Of a stretch of DNA of 64,000 bases, positions 57,643 through 64,000 are shown piece after piece. Under the pieces are notes generated by a model. It ran no database searches. It saw only the letters and a program-made list of their open reading frames with translations, and was not told the DNA's origin. Numbering within the stretch: the first letter of the stretch is position 1; every line of letters starts with the position of its first letter. Source of the stretch: Candidatus Hadarchaeota archaeon (GTDB lineage Archaea > Hadarchaeota > Hadarchaeia > Hadarchaeales > JAGGTB01). The position numbers and the translations under genes were made by a program. Location of the stretch: positions 576,001 to 640,000 of the forward strand of contig CAYLJV010000001.1 in NCBI GenBank assembly GCA_964384105.1. The letters are read 5' to 3'.

Positions 57643-59398
57643 TCCAATTGCGAATGTACTTTATGTAGACCTTTCCGAAAAGCGAGCCCACTGTGAGAGA
57701 CGAGAGGATCTCTTTAGCTCGAGATTGGGTGGTACGGGCGTTGCAATTAGACTACTACACGAAGAATGTCCAGAAGGGATAGATCCCTTGGACCCTGAAA
57801 ATCCAATAATTTTTGCTGTAGGACCTCTTAATGGGATTTATCCCATAGCATCGAAGACAGTTGCGATGTTTAAGTCACCCCATACAGGAGACTTGGGTGA
57901 GAGTCATTGTGGTGGTAGAAGTGCCACGTCTATCAGAATGGCTGGTTATGGAGCTATAGTAATAAAAGGATCCAGCGAACTTCCGTTATACTTAACCATT
58001 CATGATAACGATGTCTATTTCCGCGATGCTTCTACTCTGTGGGGGATGGAAAGTAGTTACACAGTGGGCAGGGTGATTAGGGAAAGAGAAAAGGGTTCGG
58101 GAGTAAGAACGATTATGAGAATTGGAAGAGCAGGGGAGAAACTCGTACCCTTTGCAAATGTAATTACGGAGACTTATAGACACTTCGGGAGACTTGGACT
58201 TGGTGCGGTTTTTGGAAGTAAAAAATTAAAGGCGATTCTTGTTTCTGGCAAGGGGTCTCTTTCTGTAGGTGATAAGAAGAGATACAGGAAACTGTATGAT
58301 GATATTTATGAAAAATCTACAGCTTCTCCCGCGATGGAGAAGTATCATGATATAGGAACTCCCGTAAATGTTGATCCTTTAAACGAGATTGGTGCTCTTC
58401 CCACTCGAAACTTGCAGTCCTCAAAATTCGAAGACGCTTCTAAAATCTCCGGGGAGTCTTTTGCCGAGGGGTATCTGGGTAGACGACTTGCATGTGCGCA
58501 CTGCCCTGTTGGTTGCATTCATATAGCAGCTCTCAGAGAACCTTATGAAGACGAATCGTATTTCTACAAAACTTCTTTCATCTCCTATGATTATGAACCT
58601 ATCTTTGCTTTGGCATCTATGTTGGGAGGATCCGACACTGTTGGATTTCTTAAATTATTGGATAGGATAGAAGACTTTGGCCTAGACGCTATGAGCACGG
58701 GAGTTGTTTTAGGTTGGGCTACTGAGGCTCAGGAAAAAGGGATTATCTCGGAGAAAGAGACTTTGGGTATTAAATTAAGCTGGGGTGATTATCCGAATTA
58801 TATTGAAGCGGTTCAAAATCTAGTTAATCAGCCGAACACTTTCTATAGGGATCTCGCTCAGGGCGTGGAGAAGGTTTCTTCCAAATACGGAGGAGAAGAT
58901 TTTGCTTTGTCCTTTGGTGGAAACGAAATGGCCGGCTATCATACTGGCCATGCCAACTACGTGGGCCTCTCGATTGGTGCAAGACATAGTCACCTTGATA
59001 ATGCGGGATATAGTTTAGACCAGAAACTTCCTAAAGATAGAGAGGTTACTCCCGAAGAGCTTACAGAAAAGTTGGTTAAGGAGGAACGCTGGCGTCAGAT
59101 CCTATCGAGTCTAGTTGTATGTTTCTTTGCGAGGGATATCTATAGCCCAGAGATTGTTTCTCAAGCTCTTGATACAATGGGTTTCGAATTCACTCCGGAG
59201 GACTTGAGCTTGCTGGGAAAAGAGATCCATGAAGACAAATACGATTTTAAGTTTAGGGAAGGTTTCTCTCTCGAAAAATTAAGATTGCCAAAGAGAATAT
59301 TCGAGACCTCAACTCCCCAGGGCGAGCTCAATGAGACGTATATAAGAAATATGATTGACCACTTTGGAAAAATAATTAGGGGAGAGAAAGTTGTCTAA
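57629..59398 (+). CDS. aldehyde:ferredoxin oxidoreductase (WOR family) catalytic subunit
   Basis: LGGTG, KSPHTG, GRLGLGAVFGSKKLKA, CAHCPVGC, DYEP, GLDAMS. Confidence 0.93.
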   Translation: MLENDPIANVLYVDLSEKRAHCERREDLFSSRLGGTGVAIRLLHEECPEGIDPLDPENPIIFAVGPLNGIYPIASKTVAMFKSPHTGDLGESHCGGRSATSIRMAGYGAIVIKGSSELPLYLTIHDNDVYFRDASTLWGMESSYTVGRVIREREKGSGVRTIMRIGRAGEKLVPFANVITETYRHFGRLGLGAVFGSKKLKAILVSGKGSLSVGDKKRYRKLYDDIYEKSTASPAMEKYHDIGTPVNVDPLNEIGALPTRNLQSSKFEDASKISGESFAEGYLGRRLACAHCPVGCIHIAALREPYEDESYFYKTSFISYDYEPIFALASMLGGSDTVGFLKLLDRIEDFGLDAMSTGVVLGWATEAQEKGIISEKETLGIKLSWGDYPNYIEAVQNLVNQPNTFYRDLAQGVEKVSSKYGGEDFALSFGGNEMAGYHTGHANYVGLSIGARHSHLDNAGYSLDQKLPKDREVTPEELTEKLVKEERWRQILSSLVVCFFARDIYSPEIVSQALDTMGFEFTPEDLSLLGKEIHEDKYDFKFREGFSLEKLRLPKRIFETSTPQGELNETYIRNMIDHFGKIIRGEKVV

Positions 59399-59516
59399 TT
59401 TTTCTTTTTTCGAAATTTTATTAATTGAATGATAATCATTCTCTGATTATTGGCTGATATATCGGCTGAAATGACATATTAATGCTTCTAGGTATATTTT
59501 AGGATGTTGTGATTCT

Positions 59517-60263
59517 ATGATCAATTTAGTTCTTTCGGGAATAGCAGTGATTGGAGTAATTATTGCAACCTTTACAGATCTTCGGAGTAATATCATCCCC
59601 AATAATTTAACTTATTCAATGATTTTAATGGGGGTCTTACTCCATCTAGGTTTTTATCTTTATCGAGGTGGTCTTTTCAGAGCTTTTTATGGCATTTTAG
59701 GAGGTTCAATAGCTTTTGGAATTGGTCTACTTCTTTATATCATAGGTGGTTGGGCAGGTGGTGACGTGAAGCTTTTGGCAGCTCTTGGTGCACTGCTTCC
59801 AACTTCTTCATCCCCGATTTTTTCGACTTCTGGTACCACACTTTTTTCAAGATTTCCTTTATTCCCCTTGACAATAATCCTAAATGGTTTGATTATCGTT
59901 GCGCCTTTTATCATTGCGTATATGATTTGGTGCTTTGCCAAAGGTGAGGGGATAACGTCCACTGATATTTCTATTTCTGAATTGAAACCGGGTTCTGTTC
60001 CAGCAGAAGCTATTTGGGAGGAGAGTGGAGATATTAAGAAGGGTGGTTCTCTACCCCAAAATTATGATAAGTGTTATCTGAACCCCCGTAGGTTAGAGGA
60101 GATCGATGAAAAACAGTTAGAAAAACTTCAGAAATTTTATGAACAGGGGAGGATAAGAGCGGTCAAGATTAGACGAATATTTCCTTTTGCGCCTGTGATC
60201 GCTGCAGGTACAATCTCAGGGATGTTGCTCGGTAACATTTATTGGGTTCTTATTTTTTTATAG
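59517..60263 (+). CDS. A24 prepilin/preflagellin peptidase
   Basis: TDLR...IPN, GGDVKL, PFAP. Confidence 0.88.
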   Translation: MINLVLSGIAVIGVIIATFTDLRSNIIPNNLTYSMILMGVLLHLGFYLYRGGLFRAFYGILGGSIAFGIGLLLYIIGGWAGGDVKLLAALGALLPTSSSPIFSTSGTTLFSRFPLFPLTIILNGLIIVAPFIIAYMIWCFAKGEGITSTDISISELKPGSVPAEAIWEESGDIKKGGSLPQNYDKCYLNPRRLEEIDEKQLEKLQKFYEQGRIRAVKIRRIFPFAPVIAAGTISGMLLGNIYWVLIFL

Positions 60264-60294
60264 ATCCTATTCTGTCAAATTGGCTTGTAAGTTC

Positions 60295-61416
60295 CTATCT
60301 TCTATAATGGTCTAGTATTTTCGCTGCAGTGAGTCCCATTAAAAAACCTACACCGATATTTGTGAGTAGGGAGAGAATTGCCGTTATGAGAGTAACGGTC
60401 CAAGATTCGGTTTCTTTTCCTGCGAGTCCTAACTCAAGGGCTACGAAAATTAAGAGAGCGCCTAATATCGAGAAAGGGAAGAAGCCTAAAAACTCGGCTG
60501 AGCCTGCTAAGAATGCTATTCCCAAGTAAATCGAGCCAAGGATTATGTTCGAACCACCAGTCCTTGCTCCGAACCTGTATTGACCCGCTAGACCTCCTGA
60601 TCCGTGACACATGGGGAATCCACCAAAGACACTAGAGGTGATGCACATTATACCCATAGAACCGGAGATTTTGTCGGGATCCACCTTCTGATTTAGAAGA
60701 TCTTTGAAGAGTAGAGAAGTAGCAAGTACAGCGTTCCCTGCAGTAAGAAAGAACTGAGGCAGGACTCCATGTATCAGGGCGTCTGGCAAGCTACTAATTG
60801 CTGGAATTTGGATAGAGGGGGTTGTCATTAGAACTATTGGTGGGAATCCGTTTGAATATATTCCGTAGATTATCCCAATTAGAATAACTACGAATGCAGC
60901 TATGTTCGGGAAGTCTCTTTTACTTTTCAAGATCAAAAATAGGACTACAACAATTATTCCAAGAAGCGCCAACCATATATGATTCCCAATGTAGCCTATT
61001 GAAGTTTGAAGTAATATAAGGGCTAATCCCAGCTGGATGCCTCTTACTACGCTTTTTGGCACGAACTTATCGATCTTTTTCATTAGTCCAGTAATCCCAG
61101 AAATCAGAAGTAATACTCCTAACAAGATTCCACTTAGTACAAGACCAGAGTGACTGAGACTTCCCGCTATCGCTACCGCTGCTAAACCTTTCATTGGCTC
61201 CACGGGCATTGGCAATTTGTAATATAGTCCCGAGGCAATCTGAAATATACCAAAGAATAGTAGCATGTGAGATAGACTAAATCCCGCAGTTAGAGCTATA
61301 CCTATTATCAGGGGGACTACAGTTAGGGAATCACCGAGAGCTCCCGAAAATTCTTCTAAGGTAAATCTAAATCCGCCGTCGCTTTTTTTGGTTTTTAATT
61401 CCGCCATAATGACCAT
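60295..61416 (-). CDS. MOT1-family molybdate/tungstate transporter
   Basis: EFSGALGD, PMPVEPMK, P..VVRGIQLGL, PMCHGSGGLAGQYRFGARTG. Confidence 0.9.
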   Translation of the reverse strand: MVIMAELKTKKSDGGFRFTLEEFSGALGDSLTVVPLIIGIALTAGFSLSHMLLFFGIFQIASGLYYKLPMPVEPMKGLAAVAIAGSLSHSGLVLSGILLGVLLLISGITGLMKKIDKFVPKSVVRGIQLGLALILLQTSIGYIGNHIWLALLGIIVVVLFLILKSKRDFPNIAAFVVILIGIIYGIYSNGFPPIVLMTTPSIQIPAISSLPDALIHGVLPQFFLTAGNAVLATSLLFKDLLNQKVDPDKISGSMGIMCITSSVFGGFPMCHGSGGLAGQYRFGARTGGSNIILGSIYLGIAFLAGSAEFLGFFPFSILGALLIFVALELGLAGKETESWTVTLITAILSLLTNIGVGFLMGLTAAKILDHYRR

Positions 61417-61525
61417 TTCATATGTGGACTCAATTTTCTAAAAGGGTAGCTCCTGATTTTTATTGAGTAAATATAAAAATACGGTTTTGTTAGTAATGCT
61501 AAAACATCCAATGGGAGGTGATAGT

Positions 61526-62068
61526 TTGCATGAAATGACTGAAACGAATTTACATAATGCATTTGCTGGAGAAAGTCAAGCTCACATGAGGTACCAGATA
61601 TATGCAAAAGTTGCAGAGAAAGAGGACTATCCTAACGTAGCTAGATTGTTCCGTGCGATATCGTTTGCCGAAAAGGTTCACGCATCTAATCATCTTGAGA
61701 GAATGCCTAAGAAAGAAGGTTCCTTTGCAGGAGCCAATCCATATGGGCTCGGCGATACTTCTGAGAACCTTCAAGCTGGAATAGATGGGGAGACTTTTGA
61801 AATCGAGGAGATGTACCCAGTATATAAACGAGTAGCGGAATTTCAAGAAGAGACTAGTGCAATTCAAACATTTGACTGGGCTCTGAATGCCGAGAAAATA
61901 CATGCTAGCATGTATCGAGAGGCTAAGGAGAATGTTGATGTCGGTCAGGATATAGAGCTAGATAAATTACAAATTTGTAGTGTCTGCGGGTATACTAAAG
62001 AGGGAACAGCTCCGGATAAGTGTCCAATCTGTGGGGCTAAAAAGAAAGAATTTAGAGAGTTTGATTAA
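61526..62068 (+). CDS. rbr: rubrerythrin
   Basis: AFAGESQA, AEKVHA, GETFE, AEKIH and C-terminal CSVCG...CPICG; TTG start after GGAGGTGA. Confidence 0.93.
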   Translation: MHEMTETNLHNAFAGESQAHMRYQIYAKVAEKEDYPNVARLFRAISFAEKVHASNHLERMPKKEGSFAGANPYGLGDTSENLQAGIDGETFEIEEMYPVYKRVAEFQEETSAIQTFDWALNAEKIHASMYREAKENVDVGQDIELDKLQICSVCGYTKEGTAPDKCPICGAKKKEFREFD

Positions 62069-62097
62069 AAATGACTGGTAGTAAACTTCGTTTTCTT

Positions 62098-62514
62098 TTA
62101 TTTTTTCGATTTCACGAATTTTTCATAGGCTTTTAAATCTAGGAGGTTTTCAAGCTCTCCTAGATCAGAGGGTTCCAGTACGCAGATCCATCCTTCTCCG
62201 TAGGGGTCCTCGTTAATTAGCTCTGGTTTCATTTCTAAGTCTTCGTTTACTTCTGTAACTTTTCCACTAACGGGTGAGTAAACTTCGGAAGTGGATTTGA
62301 TAGATTCTACAGTGGCCACCTCAGAACCTTCAGAGTCGTTTTCTATGATTTGCTTAACTTCTTTTTCGATTTCCGGAAGTTCCACAAATTCTATATCTCC
62401 CAGCTCCTCTTGAGCATGGTCACTAATCCCGATTTTTATCTTGTCTCCGATTTTCTTAGCCCATGCATGCTCTTTGTTGAAGTATATAGTTTGAGATTCT
62501 ATTTTTCTTGGCAA
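62098..62514 (-). CDS. gcvH: glycine cleavage H-like lipoyl carrier
   Basis: HAW, GISDHAQEELGDI, VESIK (lipoyl Lys), SPVSG, DPYGEGW. Confidence 0.92.
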   Translation of the reverse strand: MPRKIESQTIYFNKEHAWAKKIGDKIKIGISDHAQEELGDIEFVELPEIEKEVKQIIENDSEGSEVATVESIKSTSEVYSPVSGKVTEVNEDLEMKPELINEDPYGEGWICVLEPSDLGELENLLDLKAYEKFVKSKK

Positions 62515-62532
62515 TTTACCTCTCCCGAATTT

Positions 62533-63879
62533 TTAGATAGATGATGGTGAAAAATCTCCAGCGTTTTCAGCGGCTTTTAGGATTCCTTCGCTTACGGTTG
62601 GGTGTACATGAACGGTTCTTATTAACCCCTCAATAGAGAGTTCGTTTTGAACCGCAAGGCTTATTTCATGAATTATTTCACTCGCTTCGGGTCCAACTAT
62701 CTGGCCCGCCTTTATTATCCCACTATCATCGATAGCTATTTGTACAACACCCTCTGCCTTGTTTTTAGTATATGCTGCCCCTATTGCTTTGAAGGATGCT
62801 CGACCAACATTATACTCTTCTTTGAATTCTCCAATTTTTGCAAGCTGAGGATCTGTAAATACGACCTCCGGTATTTTTGAGTGTCTTGAAGTCTTACCCA
62901 ATATTGAGTCTACTGCTATTACTGCATCCCTGTATGCTTTGTGTGCTAACATTTTCCCCCCAATAACGTCACCTATAGCATAGATGTCTTTCTCATTTGT
63001 CCTGAGGTTTTCATCTGTTTTTATGAAGCCCTTTTTGTCTAGTTCTACTGATGTTTTATCTAGTCCCAGTCCCTCGGTATTGGGTTTTCTGCCGATTGAT
63101 ACCAGGCATTGGTCCCCGGAAAAACTTATTTCTTCTGAGTTTTTGTCCTTCGCAATGACTGTTACCTTATCTTCTGTTTTTATTTCTGTGATTTTTGATC
63201 CGAGATGTATGTCGATTCCCATCTTTTTTGCATTTTGTGATATTGGGAAGATTACTCTTCTGTCAAAATTTGGGAGAATTTGTTCCATCATCTCAATTAT
63301 TGTAACGTTCGATCCTAACTTAGAGCAGATTGTTCCCAGTTCCATTCCTATATAACCTGCTCCGACTATTATCAGATCTTTTGGTAACGAAGTTAGATTA
63401 AAGAAGTCATTTGAGTCTAGAACTTTTTCATGATCAACCGGAATATTAGGTATTTCAGTGGGTTCAGATCCAGTGGCTATGATCGCTTTGCCGAAATTTA
63501 AGGATTCATCCCCAATTCGGGCTTCCTTGGGGGAACTTAGAGTCGCCTCTGTATTTTTAACAGTAACTCCGGCCAGTTCGAGGCTTTTTTCTGTATTTGA
63601 TATAAGCTTATCAGTATTACTCCTTGACCATTCTACAATTTTTTTATAATCTATTTCGACCTCTGCTTTTATGCCTAATTCTTGGCTTTTCTTTGGGTAA
63701 TATGCTAGATTAGCTGCGGTGACCAGTGATTTTGAGGGTATACATCCCTTATTGAGGCATACTCCACCGATTTTCTCTTTTTCTGCCAAAACTACATCTA
63801 GACCGCTTTCGGCTGCCCTTAAAGCAGCGGTTAGGCCCCCAGGACCACCGCCTATAACAAGTAAGTCTTTTGATTCCAT
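62533..63879 (-). CDS. lpdA: dihydrolipoamide dehydrogenase
   Basis: GGGPGG, GGVCLNKGCIPSK, MLAHKA, HVHPTVSE; co-transcribed with gcvH. Confidence 0.92.
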   Translation of the reverse strand: MESKDLLVIGGGPGGLTAALRAAESGLDVVLAEKEKIGGVCLNKGCIPSKSLVTAANLAYYPKKSQELGIKAEVEIDYKKIVEWSRSNTDKLISNTEKSLELAGVTVKNTEATLSSPKEARIGDESLNFGKAIIATGSEPTEIPNIPVDHEKVLDSNDFFNLTSLPKDLIIVGAGYIGMELGTICSKLGSNVTIIEMMEQILPNFDRRVIFPISQNAKKMGIDIHLGSKITEIKTEDKVTVIAKDKNSEEISFSGDQCLVSIGRKPNTEGLGLDKTSVELDKKGFIKTDENLRTNEKDIYAIGDVIGGKMLAHKAYRDAVIAVDSILGKTSRHSKIPEVVFTDPQLAKIGEFKEEYNVGRASFKAIGAAYTKNKAEGVVQIAIDDSGIIKAGQIVGPEASEIIHEISLAVQNELSIEGLIRTVHVHPTVSEGILKAAENAGDFSPSSI

Positions 63880-64000
63880 CTCTTTGGATTATTTAATTTG
63901 ACTCTTTAATGTTTTTTGTAAGAAATTGTAGTTGCTTATATGTTATCTAAGAGACTAGTAATTCTCATGTCCTGTCCCTATTTTGCGTCTATAAATGCGT

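Overview
Chromosomal segment of an anaerobic archaeon. Archaeal markers include DGGGP synthase, CDC48, NurA-HerA, PINA ATPase, GTP cyclohydrolase III, an intron-containing tRNA and TATA-type promoters. Gene content and moderately acidic proteins suggest a Hadarchaeota/MSBL1-like lineage, but that is inference only. It holds about 75 CDS and two tRNAs (Arg-CCT with a 14-nt BHB intron, and Glu-CTC). It covers tungsten/molybdenum-cofactor and aldehyde metabolism (2 AOR, 2 MoaD/SAMP, MoeB/UbaA, MOT1), redox-stress genes, a CadC-CadA / ArsR-Acr3 metal-resistance cluster, ileS and a glucan phosphorylase. No CRISPR array, transposase or integrase was seen. The most notable unexplained signals are: (1) an 18-bp palindromic operator present three times, bracketing the cdc48 TATA box and covering the promoter of the small Cas2/VapD-like gene upstream, a candidate new regulatory circuit; (2) an ATP-cone domain fused in frame to a small heat-shock protein; (3) four GTKAAC-NGGGGT-GTTMAC boxes arranged as two equally spaced pairs around an HTH gene; (4) an archaeal class I terpene-synthase-like protein; (5) an orphan PqqD/RRE protein; (6) an oxidoreductase that appears to need a non-canonical ATC start. 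All family assignments come from motif recognition by eye, not database searches.
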